From positions 140,303 through 204,302 of the forward strand of contig JAAFIH010000001.1 of the NCBI GenBank assembly GCA_013297755.1: 64,000 nt of DNA. The letters run 5' to 3'. This document shows, in pieces, positions 1 to 9,767 of this stretch. Source of the DNA: Cytophagales bacterium (GTDB lineage Bacteria > Bacteroidota > Bacteroidia > Cytophagales > UBA9547). A program made the position numbers and the translations under genes. The notes under the pieces are model-generated. The model worked only from the letters and a program-made list of their open reading frames with translations. It did not search any database and was not told the origin of the DNA. The stretch's first letter is position 1. Every line of letters starts with the position of its first letter.

Positions 1-348
1 GAACAACTGACGGAAATGGCCATGATAGAAACTCAATTCTTACTAAAATACAAATCGCTAAGAAGAAAAAACCATAGATTTTATGTTATTGGAGGCCTCA
101 AACCAGGCATAAGGGCTGGTGGAAAAAAAGCAAGCAGAGAAGAAAATCGTATGGGCTTTGGCCGTATGGATTTATCCATAGAATATGGAATTGGTGTAGA
201 TTTTTATTTCAAATTTTTTAAATTTGCACCAGAACTTAGATTTTCAAATGGCATTGTAAATGTAAATACAAATGATGTAAATACCTTCAATCAAAGTATT
301 TCAAATATGCTTTCGCACACTGTTACGTTATATTTCTTTTTTGAATAA
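1..348 (+). CDS. outer-membrane beta-barrel (porin/PorT-like) protein, C-terminal part; 5' end outside window
   Basis: The frame is open from base 1. Alternating hydrophobic beta-strand pattern, with an aromatic C-terminal end (TLYFFFE) typical of OM barrels. Confidence 0.45.
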   Translation, partial: EQLTEMAMIETQFLLKYKSLRRKNHRFYVIGGLKPGIRAGGKKASREENRMGFGRMDLSIEYGIGVDFYFKFFKFAPELRFSNGIVNVNTNDVNTFNQSISNMLSHTVTLYFFFE

Positions 349-358
349 ATATTTATAA

Positions 359-934
359 GTGGCTCTAAATCAATCTAATACTAAAACAAATAAACCCAAT
401 AATTCGCAAAAAATACAATCAAATGGAATATTTGCACCTATTGGATTTATAAAAAATGTTATTTATTTTTTTATAACTGGACTATTTTTACTGACTCTAA
501 TCAAAGGAAATGTTGGTTATTCGTGGGTAGCCAATGATTTGATTTATGAAAATTTAAAATATTTTTATAAATATCCATTTCTTACGAATACTCAAAAACT
601 AGAGTCAAAATTTGGGATGGATGCTACAGTAATTCAGAAAATAAAAAAAGCCACACCAGAAAATGCAATAATATGGATGCCTCCCGAAAAAATCTTATTT
701 TCAGAAAACACTAATTATCCTTTTATGCCTGGTACAGGTGGAATCAAAAACAGAAATTGGACACTCTATTTTCTGTATCCACGCCAACTAATTTATGCAG
801 ATGAGGCTCCAAAATTGCAAAATTTAATCGATAAAGCCACTCATGTAGTTTGCCTTAATGGCTGGGGCTACGACAAACTTTATTATGATGTGGAACCAAC
901 CCAAGATTTGCAAATTCTAAAGTTAAAAAAATGA
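359..934 (+). CDS. hypothetical N-terminally membrane-anchored protein
   Basis: GTG start, one TM helix (VIYFFITGLFLLTLI), and a 4-nt ATGA overlap with the next gene. No recognisable catalytic motif. Confidence 0.4.
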   Translation: MALNQSNTKTNKPNNSQKIQSNGIFAPIGFIKNVIYFFITGLFLLTLIKGNVGYSWVANDLIYENLKYFYKYPFLTNTQKLESKFGMDATVIQKIKKATPENAIIWMPPEKILFSENTNYPFMPGTGGIKNRNWTLYFLYPRQLIYADEAPKLQNLIDKATHVVCLNGWGYDKLYYDVEPTQDLQILKLKK

Positions 935-2286
935 TTTCACTGACATTAGTTTTTATTCTAGGATTTTTAATAGTAAACGTACTATGCACACATTTTTCAC
1001 TTTTCGAGAAAATAGGTTTTTCTTTTCCCATTGGGCTTGGTATAGTTAGTATTTCATTTTTCATATTTCATATTTTTCATATAAAAATTGATATTATCAG
1101 CACCATGATTGCCATAATATCAATGTCAATAAGCATTTATTTTTGGTTAAGAAAAAAAGATAAAATAGCAGAAGTAATAAGTTTTAAAACAAATATAGCA
1201 TTTAAAATTACTTTTTCTTGGATACTTTGCATAGTCGTATTTTTGTATTTTTTATTTGGCATAACAGCCAAAAATATCTATTACACTCCATTAGAATACG
1301 ATAGTATAGTTGGATATGATATGCTTGCCAAAACAATAGCAAAAGAAGGTAAATTAATTACATCTTTTTTTCAATATCCTTACCAAAATACGATTGATAT
1401 TTTAAGATTTACATATCCGCCATTTGTAAGTTCTAGTTTTGCTTTTGCCTATATGTCGGGTTTTGAAAACTCAAAAATTATTACTATTCTTTTATTTGTT
1501 AGTTTTCTTTTTGCCTTTTATGGGTTATTAAGACAAAAAATTAACGATACCTGGACTATGCTAATTACTCTTATAATGATGCTTACACCAGAGTTTTTTT
1601 CTCATGCTTCATTAGCATTATCAAATCTCCCCAATGGTATATTTACCTCATTGTCAGCTATTTGTATCATATTTTATTTTCAAGAAAGACAAAAAAAATA
1701 CTTTTATATTTCATTGATTTTTATGTTTTTGAGCAATTGGACACGTAGTGATAGTGTAGTTTATGTGTTTGGTACGCTTGTTTTATTCATTTTTGATTTT
1801 TTAAAATCTAAAGAATGGAAATTAGCAACTGTATATATAATTGTTAGTATTATGCCAGTCATAATTTGGTCTAATTTTATACATTATAATCTACATATAA
1901 ATACTTCAGAAATTTTTATAAATCATTTATTTTGGGATTTTAATAAACTTACTCAACTATTTACAAAAACATCCTTGCTTATGTTGGCTAGTGGTATGAC
2001 TTATGGCATTACATTTCAGCTATTTTTAGTAATATTAGCACTAAATACAGTTGATGTTTTGACAAAGCAAATTCCACTGGCTATATTTATAATCATTTCA
2101 TGGTTTTCTTACACACTATTATATTATCAAATGGATAATTCGATTGCTGGCGATTTGGACACCTATATTTACACTGGATTTAAGAGAGGAATGTTTAACT
2201 TTGTACCTATTTGTTGGTTTTTTGTGGCCACAAGTCCACTTTCGCTCAAATGGTTATCAAAAATGGATGATTTAATTTACAAATAG
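931..2286 (+). CDS. polytopic membrane protein, possible GT-C (ArnT/PMT-like) glycosyltransferase
   Basis: 451 aa with more than 10 predicted TM helices and loop sizes resembling GT39/ArnT-like enzymes. The family assignment is by architecture only. Confidence 0.4.
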   Translation: MISLTLVFILGFLIVNVLCTHFSLFEKIGFSFPIGLGIVSISFFIFHIFHIKIDIISTMIAIISMSISIYFWLRKKDKIAEVISFKTNIAFKITFSWILCIVVFLYFLFGITAKNIYYTPLEYDSIVGYDMLAKTIAKEGKLITSFFQYPYQNTIDILRFTYPPFVSSSFAFAYMSGFENSKIITILLFVSFLFAFYGLLRQKINDTWTMLITLIMMLTPEFFSHASLALSNLPNGIFTSLSAICIIFYFQERQKKYFYISLIFMFLSNWTRSDSVVYVFGTLVLFIFDFLKSKEWKLATVYIIVSIMPVIIWSNFIHYNLHINTSEIFINHLFWDFNKLTQLFTKTSLLMLASGMTYGITFQLFLVILALNTVDVLTKQIPLAIFIIISWFSYTLLYYQMDNSIAGDLDTYIYTGFKRGMFNFVPICWFFVATSPLSLKWLSKMDDLIYK

Positions 2287-2287
2287 A

Positions 2288-3340
2288 ATGAAAAATAGTT
2301 ATGTTGAATTTATTGAATCAATACATGAGTTTGATTTTAAAGAATTGCTAAAATCTTACACAAAAGTATTTGTATTTGCCGACAAAAACACTTGTCAATA
2401 TTGTTATCCATTCATAAAAAATATTTTACCACTCCATTTTTTAGAAATAATCGAACCAGGCGAAGAGCAAAAAACATTACAAACGTGTGTCCAATTATGG
2501 CAATCCATGACCAACGAAGCCTTAGATAGAAAAGCCATTGTCATCAATCTTGGGGGTGGAGTTTTAGGAGATATGGGTGGGTTTTGTGCAGCCACTTACA
2601 AACGTGGAATAGATTTTATACAGATACCTACAACACTACTTTCGCAAGTAGATGCCAGTGTTGGTGGAAAACTGGGCATAGACTTTGATGGTTTCAAAAA
2701 CCATATTGGCGTGTTTCAAGAACCCCAAAAAGTGATTATTTATCCAGGATTCCTACAAACATTGCCCAAAAGAGAACTTAGGTCTGGATATGCAGAGGTA
2801 ATAAAACATGCTTTAATTAAAGAAAAATTCCATTGGAACAAAATAAATATTATTACTTTAGAGAATTTATACAATTTCCAATTTGATGTTACAGATATTA
2901 TTAAACATTCCATACAAATCAAATCTGATGTAGTAGAGGCCGACCCTACAGAAAAAGGATTACGCAAAATTTTGAACTTTGGACACACGCTAGGGCATGC
3001 TATAGAAAGTTTTTATCTACCTATGGCAGACAAAAAATTGCTTCATGGCGAAGCCATTGCTATTGGGATGATTACAGAAAGTTACTTGTCTTTTGTTCAA
3101 AAATTGATTTCTGAATCTGAACTAAATGCTATTTCCAGCTACATTTTGTCTATTTATGGTAAAATTAACATTTCGGAAGCTGAAATCGAGCAAATTATAC
3201 CACTTACACTGCATGATAAAAAAAATAGTCATGGAGCTGTCAATTTTTCTTTGATACAAAATATTGGAAATTGTGTATTTGATATTAAATTATCAACTAT
3301 TGATATGTTTGATGCGTTAAAATATTATCAAAAATTATAG
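2288..3340 (+). CDS. aroB: 3-dehydroquinate synthase
   Basis: The NAD-binding segment GGGVLGDMGGFCAATYKRGIDFIQIPTTLLSQVDASVGGK and the metal-binding motifs HTLGHAIE and HGEAIAIG are diagnostic of AroB. Confidence 0.9.
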   Translation: MKNSYVEFIESIHEFDFKELLKSYTKVFVFADKNTCQYCYPFIKNILPLHFLEIIEPGEEQKTLQTCVQLWQSMTNEALDRKAIVINLGGGVLGDMGGFCAATYKRGIDFIQIPTTLLSQVDASVGGKLGIDFDGFKNHIGVFQEPQKVIIYPGFLQTLPKRELRSGYAEVIKHALIKEKFHWNKINIITLENLYNFQFDVTDIIKHSIQIKSDVVEADPTEKGLRKILNFGHTLGHAIESFYLPMADKKLLHGEAIAIGMITESYLSFVQKLISESELNAISSYILSIYGKINISEAEIEQIIPLTLHDKKNSHGAVNFSLIQNIGNCVFDIKLSTIDMFDALKYYQKL

Positions 3341-3353
3341 TTGCTATCGGTTT

Positions 3354-3971
3354 TTATGCTGTAAATCCAACCACATAATTATCAAAAGTATAAAATATTA
3401 CTTTACAGCTATATTTTTGATTCTCAAAATATGATTCTAAACAAGCAGTATTAATATCAATATCTACTATTTTAATTTGATTTTTAAGGCTTACACCTTT
3501 TTTTCCAATCATTTTATAGGTTGCTTCTTTGGCACACCATGCTCTGCAAAGCATGTTCAGATCGAAGTTAAAAAAAGAAATTTCTTGTGTTGAAAGAAAT
3601 TTGGAAGCTACTTGAGTAAGTTTTTCTTCTTTGGCTTGAATATCAATTCCCACTGATTGATTTTTGTTGAAAATAGCTACACAATATTTTGAGGAATGAC
3701 TGATAGAAATATGGGCATTTTGACCCACTAAATAAGGTTTATGATGCTCGTCTTTGAAAATACCATCAAATTTTGTATTATTTTTTTCGCATAGATGTTT
3801 TACTAAAACTCTACTTGCTAGGTATTCTATACGTTTTTCAGGATGTGAAATATAACTTAAAAAATCATGAATCCAAGCATATTCCTTTAAATAAGAAATT
3901 AATATTTCTTCACTTTCTTCTATTTTCCAAATCAAAATATTATCATCAATATTACAAGAAACTAAAGCCAA
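3354..3971 (-). CDS. 4'-phosphopantetheinyl transferase (Sfp/EntD type)
   Basis: ISISHS, VGIDIQ (normally GIDIE) and WCAKEATYK motifs; 205 aa. Confidence 0.75.
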   Translation of the reverse strand: MALVSCNIDDNILIWKIEESEEILISYLKEYAWIHDFLSYISHPEKRIEYLASRVLVKHLCEKNNTKFDGIFKDEHHKPYLVGQNAHISISHSSKYCVAIFNKNQSVGIDIQAKEEKLTQVASKFLSTQEISFFNFDLNMLCRAWCAKEATYKMIGKKGVSLKNQIKIVDIDINTACLESYFENQKYSCKVIFYTFDNYVVGFTA

Positions 3972-4039
3972 AATTAGTAATTTTTAAATATAAATTATAA
4001 TATATAATAAATAAAAAATAAGATAATTATTAATAAAAA

Positions 4040-7000
4040 TTACTTTGCTGGTACAAACTGTCCATTTTCAAATCTCATCTCCTCTGTACCAGAATTGATG
4101 TATTGTATAGAAGCTGGTGAAATTTTAGAAGCATTTGTTGGTCTTTTTACTCTCAAAATAGAGTATGCTTTGATATCCTCAGGATTTATGCCACCATTCC
4201 ACTCTCTCAACTCGGCCATTGTCATACCATATTTTTTGGCCACCGAAAACAAAGTCATTCTAGGTTCTAGCACATGGGCCATGGCCTCAGGCTGAAAAGG
4301 GGCTTTGCTGCCAATAATTGCAAATTCAACCCTTCTGTTTAGCTGACGACCTGCAAAAGAACCATTGCTTGCCACTGGATTGTCTTCGCCAGAGGGTGTT
4401 ATTACAAGAGAAGTTTGGTCTACTCCACGTGCCTCAAAGTAATCATAGCAGGCTTTTCCACGTTGTTCGGCCAAGTTTTTGTTATACACAGGATCACCAA
4501 ATCCATCAGAGTATGATTTGATTTCTATTTGAATTTCTTTATGTGCTCCATAAAATTCTACTAATTGATCCATGGCTTTTTTGGAAATGTTTGATAACTC
4601 AGCACTATTAAAATCAAAATACACATTTTCAAAAAAAGTACGACTTGGTTTGATTGCTGAGCTAGAAATTTTAAAATTATCAATAGCAAATCTCGATTTA
4701 GTTCCATTTTCAACTGAGTTTTGCGACTCTGAATTTTCTGAAGGTAATTCCGAGAAACTTACTGATTTTTTTGGACTAGATTTTGGCTTTTCTATAGAAG
4801 TCATTGCTGATTCAGTGGTATTTATATTGCTAGATTTTGAGATTTCATTATTAGAATTATTATTATTGGTATTGCTTTCAACTATATTATTTATAGCAGC
4901 TCCAGTTTTTGCCATTTCAGTACCTGATTTTTGTGCACTGCTTGTACCTGTTTCTACTATATTATTTGTAATTGCTCCTGATTTGGCCATTTCAGTACCT
5001 GATTTTTGTGCAGTGCTTGTGCCTGTTTCTACTATATTATTACTTGTAGCAGCTCCTGATTTGGCCATTTCAGTACCTGATTTTTGTGCAGTGCTTGTGC
5101 CTGTTTCTACTATACTATTACTTGTAGCCGCTCCTGATTTTGCAATTTCAGTACCTGATTTTTGTGCAGTGCTTGTGCCTGTTTCTACTATATTATTTGT
5201 AGTAGCTCCTGTTTTTGCCATTTCAGTACCTGATTTTTGTGCACTGCTTGTACCTGTTTCTAGTAAATTATTACTTGTAGTAGCTCCTGTTTTTGCCATT
5301 TCAGTACCTGATTTTTGTGCAGTGCTTGTGCCTGTTTCTACTATATTATTACTTGTAGCAGCTCCTGATTTGGCAATTTCAGTACCTGATTTTTGTGCAG
5401 CGCTTGTGCCTGTTTCTACTATATTATTACTTGTAGCAGCTCCTGATTTCGCAATTTCAGTACCTGATTTTTGTGCAGTGCTTGTGCCTGTTTCTACTAT
5501 ATTATTACTTGTAGCAGCTCCTGATTTCGCCATTTCAGTACCTGATTTTTGTGCAGTGTTTGTGCCTGTTTCTGCTATATTATTACTTGTAGCAGCTCCT
5601 GATTTGGCAATTTCAGTACCTGATTTTTGAGCAGTGTTTGTGCCTGTTTCTGCTATATTATTACTTGTAGCAGCTCCTGATTTGGCAATTTCAGTACCTG
5701 ATTTTTGTGCAGTGCTTGTGCCTGTTTCTGCTATATTATTACTTGTAGCAGCTCCTGATTTCGCCATTTCAGTTCCTGATTTTTGTGAAGGGCTTGTGCC
5801 TGTTTCTACTATATTATTACTTGTAGCAGCTCCTGATTTGGCAATTTCAGTACCTGATTTTTGTGCAGTGTTTGTGCCTGTTTCTGCTATATTATTACTT
5901 GTAGCAGCTCCTGATTTCGCCATTTCAGTACCTGATTTTTGTGCAGTGCTTGTGCTTGTTTCTGCAATACTATTACTAGCAGTTTGACCAGAATTTGAAA
6001 GATTAGTTTGAGCAGAAGCTGGCTTTGCAAGTGCCAATTGAGGGGTTAATTTTGAACTAACTGATGCTTTTGTGGCCAAAGGCGAGGTGTTTGACACAAC
6101 TGTTTTATAGACAGCACCTCCAGGCAAATCTTTAGCTACATACTTTCCAGTGGCATCTGTTTTTGTTGTACTTACAACTTTGCCAGTAGCATCTTTTATT
6201 TCAATAGGTACATTGGCGAGTGGTTTTTTTGTTATTTTATCTGTAACTATACCTGAGGCATCTACATTGGGTACAAGAGGTGCTTTTTTATTTACCTCAT
6301 AATTGAGATTTGTTTTCAATCTTGGGTCGTTTTCATTCATTGTAATTTTATAGTTTTTGTCAGGGGGCAAATTTTCAAATCTAAATTCACCATTGGCATT
6401 GGTACGTCCTTCTCTTACAACATTACCATTTTCATCTTTCAGAAAAACTGGCAAATCAGCCACAGGCTGTTGTGTATCATTTAAAATAATTCGTCCAACA
6501 GAAGCTATACTTTCTGCATTTGCAAACGAATCTTTTGGCACATCGCCTATGGTAGATTCTTTCACATTTATATCAAAAGTGTAAATATCGTCTTTGCCTA
6601 TTCCGCCCATTCTATTTGAAACCAAATAACCCTTATTCTTACCCAAAGTAAAATAAAAATCATCCCTAGACGAGTTAAAAGGCATTCCTAAATTTACAAT
6701 AGAATCTCTGTTTTTGCCTTTGGCCTGATATACATCCCAACCGCCAAAGCCTACATGGCCATTGGATGCAAAATAAATTGTGTTGGTATGATCATCCCAA
6801 AAAGGTGCAATTTCTATGTAAGGAGTGTTCACAGATGTAAGATTTACGGCTGGACCCCAATCCTCGGTAGCACCTGTTCTATCTTTGTTTATACTCATCC
6901 AAATATCATGGTCGTATTGCTTATTGGGTTGCATGGCTTTCCCGTTGGGTCTTTTCGACACAAAAAACATAGTATCTGCAGTTGGCGAAACTGTGGGTTG

Positions 7001-7891
7001 GGCATTCCAGTAGTTTGGAATATTGATATTTTTGTTTAATTTGAGTGGTTTAGTAAATTTTCCTGCCACTTTTTTGGATACATATATATCACACTCTGGG
7101 TCGCAAATAGTATAGTAATATTTAGACTGATCGTGCGTAAGCTCGCCAGCACCATCGTCTTTGGGGGTATTTACAATATCAAAATTGTCGTCATTGTGGT
7201 GTCTAAGCCACTTATTACCAACTTTTTCAAATCTAAAATTATCGCTTCTGGCTTCTCCTGTGGCTAAATTAAGTTCTGTACCTTTGGCATCAGAGCGTTG
7301 AGATGTTATAACTATGGAGCTATCATGAAAAAAAATCATGGGTGCATAATCCACTGATTTAGAATTGACTGGTGCAGGCAAAAGTTTAAAATTATTTTGT
7401 TTTACAGGTTTACGCATCAATTCTAGTGCATAGACACAGCCTTTGTATTCAAATTCAGCTTCTTTTAGTTCTAATTTATCTTCTTCGGTTTTGGGTTTAA
7501 AATTTTTAATAAAATTACTTAGTGTACTCTCAGCTTCTAGGTATTTTCCATTTGTTTTTTGCATCAACCCAAGTTGAAGTGGTGCCAAAGGATAAGTATT
7601 GTCAGGGGTTGCACATAATTTGGCGTACCATCCTTCAGCATCGTCATAATCTTGATAATTTCTATAACTTTCGGCCAATCGCCAAAGTACATAATGGTCT
7701 GTTGGCTTTAATTTTTCGGCTTTGTGATACTCTAAAGCGGCCAAATAAAATTCGTCATCTCCATAATATTTATCTCCAGCTTCTTTGTGTTCTTTAAATT
7801 TAGTATCTGTAACACTTAATTTTGATTGCGAAAAAATACTGGTATGAATCAAAACTACTATTGTAATTAAAATACTTATTTTATTATTCAT
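4040..7891 (-). CDS. giant OmpA-family protein: signal peptide, TPR, TolB-like beta-propeller, 2 carboxypeptidase-regulatory-like domains, 14x26-aa repeat, OmpA_C, LysM
   Basis: The signal peptide ends SIFSQ. TPR-like YYGDDEFYLAALEYHKAEKL. PD40-like repeats. Two GxxxDxxxxPxxxxxVxxxDxxGxxxxxxxTDxxGxY-type domains. OmpA_C region (FDFNSAEL...NRRVEFAI). C-terminal LysM-like segment (HVLEPRMTLFSVAKKYGMTMAELREWNG). Confidence 0.85.
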   Translation of the reverse strand: MNNKISILITIVVLIHTSIFSQSKLSVTDTKFKEHKEAGDKYYGDDEFYLAALEYHKAEKLKPTDHYVLWRLAESYRNYQDYDDAEGWYAKLCATPDNTYPLAPLQLGLMQKTNGKYLEAESTLSNFIKNFKPKTEEDKLELKEAEFEYKGCVYALELMRKPVKQNNFKLLPAPVNSKSVDYAPMIFFHDSSIVITSQRSDAKGTELNLATGEARSDNFRFEKVGNKWLRHHNDDNFDIVNTPKDDGAGELTHDQSKYYYTICDPECDIYVSKKVAGKFTKPLKLNKNINIPNYWNAQPTVSPTADTMFFVSKRPNGKAMQPNKQYDHDIWMSINKDRTGATEDWGPAVNLTSVNTPYIEIAPFWDDHTNTIYFASNGHVGFGGWDVYQAKGKNRDSIVNLGMPFNSSRDDFYFTLGKNKGYLVSNRMGGIGKDDIYTFDINVKESTIGDVPKDSFANAESIASVGRIILNDTQQPVADLPVFLKDENGNVVREGRTNANGEFRFENLPPDKNYKITMNENDPRLKTNLNYEVNKKAPLVPNVDASGIVTDKITKKPLANVPIEIKDATGKVVSTTKTDATGKYVAKDLPGGAVYKTVVSNTSPLATKASVSSKLTPQLALAKPASAQTNLSNSGQTASNSIAETSTSTAQKSGTEMAKSGAATSNNIAETGTNTAQKSGTEIAKSGAATSNNIVETGTSPSQKSGTEMAKSGAATSNNIAETGTSTAQKSGTEIAKSGAATSNNIAETGTNTAQKSGTEIAKSGAATSNNIAETGTNTAQKSGTEMAKSGAATSNNIVETGTSTAQKSGTEIAKSGAATSNNIVETGTSAAQKSGTEIAKSGAATSNNIVETGTSTAQKSGTEMAKTGATTSNNLLETGTSSAQKSGTEMAKTGATTNNIVETGTSTAQKSGTEIAKSGAATSNSIVETGTSTAQKSGTEMAKSGAATSNNIVETGTSTAQKSGTEMAKSGAITNNIVETGTSSAQKSGTEMAKTGAAINNIVESNTNNNNSNNEISKSSNINTTESAMTSIEKPKSSPKKSVSFSELPSENSESQNSVENGTKSRFAIDNFKISSSAIKPSRTFFENVYFDFNSAELSNISKKAMDQLVEFYGAHKEIQIEIKSYSDGFGDPVYNKNLAEQRGKACYDYFEARGVDQTSLVITPSGEDNPVASNGSFAGRQLNRRVEFAIIGSKAPFQPEAMAHVLEPRMTLFSVAKKYGMTMAELREWNGGINPEDIKAYSILRVKRPTNASKISPASIQYINSGTEEMRFENGQFVPAK
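4886..5986. repeat. tandem repeat, 78-bp unit x about 14, in frame inside the OmpA-family gene
   Basis: The string gccatttcagtacctgatttttgtgca recurs every 78 bp (for example near 4910, 4987 and 5064). It encodes 14 copies of AQKSGTE(M/I)AKSGAATSNNI(V/A)ETGT(S/N)T. Confidence 0.9.
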
Positions 7892-8101
7892 TTTTATAAC
7901 TTACAGAAAAATTTACAATATACATTTGTAAAATAAATATAAAATTTTGTAGAAATGAAAAAAAAACAAAAATATTATTTTAATGCCAACAAAATTCATG
8001 AAAATAAAAAAAATATATTTACAAAATAAGTAATTTTTATAGATTTAATTTTTAAAATAAAATTATAAAAACAAAATTTTAAATTGCTACAAAAACAAAA
8101 T

Positions 8102-8554
8102 TTATCTTTTTTTTTTAAAAAAATCTTTCATCATTTTTGCACATTCTTCTTGTAAAATTCCATCAATTATTTGAATGTTAGAATGATAAAAATTATTTAA
8201 AATTTGAGATTTGAATCCACCTTTTTTGTCGCTTGCTCCATACACAATAGTAGGTATTTGTGCCCATTTGATAGCTCCTGCACACATCATACAAGGTTCG
8301 AGGGTTATATAAAGGGTACAATCTGTCAGATATTTTGCTCCTAAATGACCACAAGCAGCAGTGATACATATCATCTCTGCGTGAGCAGTAGGATCAGCCA
8401 ACATTTGAGTTTGGTTGTGGGCTTTTGCTATGATTTTGTTGTTGCATACCATAACAGCTCCTACAGGAATTTCGCCATTATCATAAGCCTGTTGGGCTTC
8501 TAATAAAGCCAATCGCATAAAAAAATCATAATTTTTATTATCATACATACACAA
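8102..8554 (-). CDS. tadA: tRNA-specific adenosine deaminase
   Basis: CDA zinc motifs HAEMICI and LEPCMMCAGAI; 150 aa. The start may be the third-codon Met at 8548. Confidence 0.9.
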   Translation of the reverse strand: MCMYDNKNYDFFMRLALLEAQQAYDNGEIPVGAVMVCNNKIIAKAHNQTQMLADPTAHAEMICITAACGHLGAKYLTDCTLYITLEPCMMCAGAIKWAQIPTIVYGASDKKGGFKSQILNNFYHSNIQIIDGILQEECAKMMKDFFKKKR

Positions 8555-8570
8555 ATATCAAAAAAATATG

Positions 8571-8578
8571 TATATTTG
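8571..8578 (+). promoter_or_regulatory. Bacteroidota -7 box (TATATTTG) upstream of rpoZ
   Basis: Exact TAnnTTTG match 36 bp upstream of the ATG at 8614, in the divergent tadA-rpoZ spacer. Confidence 0.4.
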
Positions 8579-8613
8579 CAATCTTAAAATTTTCAACATT
8601 ATCAAATATAATC

Positions 8614-8922
8614 ATGGCAGTAGTAAATTCAATCATCACTAGAGATATAGACAAATTGGCCGAGCCAACAGGTAATATTTACGAATCTGTAATGATTATC
8701 TCTAAAAGAGCCAAGCAAATAAGTACAAAAACAAAAGAAGAGCTAAGCAACAAATTGTCAGATTTTGCATCTACGATTGATAATTTAGAAGAAATATTCG
8801 AAAACAGAGAACAAATTGAAATATCAAAATATTACGAAAGAATGCCAAAATCATCTACACTTGCTTTAGATGAGTTTACTGAAGGCAAAGTAATGTATAG
8901 AAAAGTTGAAGTAGAGGTTTAG
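8614..8922 (+). CDS. rpoZ: DNA-directed RNA polymerase subunit omega (Bacteroidota type)
   Basis: EPTGNIYESVMIISKRAKQI followed by EEIFENREQIEISKYYERMPK, which matches my memory of flavobacterial omega subunits of about 100 aa. Confidence 0.7.
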   Translation: MAVVNSIITRDIDKLAEPTGNIYESVMIISKRAKQISTKTKEELSNKLSDFASTIDNLEEIFENREQIEISKYYERMPKSSTLALDEFTEGKVMYRKVEVEV

Positions 8923-9096
8923 TTATTTCATTTACCTTTATTAGGATAGTCAAAGTGTATATTCTTAAAATTTACACTTTGACTATTTTTATTTTATATA
9001 GTCATTAAAATTTTAAAAAAATGTAGTACATTATTGAAATTTTAATTTGTTTTGCACTTGATTTTAAAGACACCCCTAAAATCAACTTTAATTACG

Positions 9097-9651
9097 ATGA
9101 CACTTGATGATTTCATCATTGAGGTAGCCACTCCAGCAGATAGTAAATTTTCTACTATTATTACCAACGAAATGGAAGAAAGTGCTAAGGCACGTGGTAC
9201 TGGTATTGCAAAAAGATCGCCAGAATATATTATCAAAAAAATTGAAGAAGGAAAAGCCGTCATTGCTCTACACAAAGATGGCACTTGGGCAGGTTTTTGC
9301 TATATCGAAACATGGGGGCATGGCAAATTTGTGGCCAACTCTGGCCTTATCGTAAATCCTATTTATAGAAAAGTGGGATTGGCCAAAGCCATTAAATATA
9401 AAGTTTTTGAACTTTCTAGAACAAAGTATCCTGATTCTAAAATATTTGGTCTTACAACAGGCTCTGCTGTTATGAAAATAAACTCTGAATTGGGCTACGA
9501 ACCAGTTGTATACTCAGACCTTACTGATGATGAAGACTTTTGGAAAGGATGTCAAAGTTGTGTCAATTATCCTATTTTAATGATGAAAGAACGCAAAAAT
9601 TGTATGTGTACGGCCATGTTATACGATCCAGCGGAGAAAATCAAAAAATAA
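9097..9651 (+). CDS. GNAT family N-acetyltransferase
   Basis: Acetyl-CoA-binding motif IYRKVGLAKAI and the GNAT beta-alpha pattern. The start is moved to the ATG at 9097 (MTLDDF), because the longer ORF begins in the AT-rich spacer. Confidence 0.7.
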   Translation: MTLDDFIIEVATPADSKFSTIITNEMEESAKARGTGIAKRSPEYIIKKIEEGKAVIALHKDGTWAGFCYIETWGHGKFVANSGLIVNPIYRKVGLAKAIKYKVFELSRTKYPDSKIFGLTTGSAVMKINSELGYEPVVYSDLTDDEDFWKGCQSCVNYPILMMKERKNCMCTAMLYDPAEKIKK

Positions 9652-9767
9652 TATTTTATAAATTAATGTTTTTAATAATTTATAATATTACTAATTTGAC
9701 TTTATTTTTACATACTTTAATTTATATAAACTAATTTTTTGTAGAAATAAACTAATTTTGTGTACTT

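Noticed and set aside
4886-5986. Regular 78-bp periodicity that could suggest a CRISPR array
   Set aside because: There are no unique spacers. The whole unit repeats, is in frame within a long CDS, and no cas genes are nearby.
4572-5987. Long plus-strand ORFs (352 aa and 117 aa) with highly repetitive hydrophobic sequence
   Set aside because: They are antisense shadows of the 78-bp repeat in the minus-strand OmpA-family gene. The minus frame is continuous for 1283 codons with recognisable domains on both sides, and the plus frames have no start context or domains.
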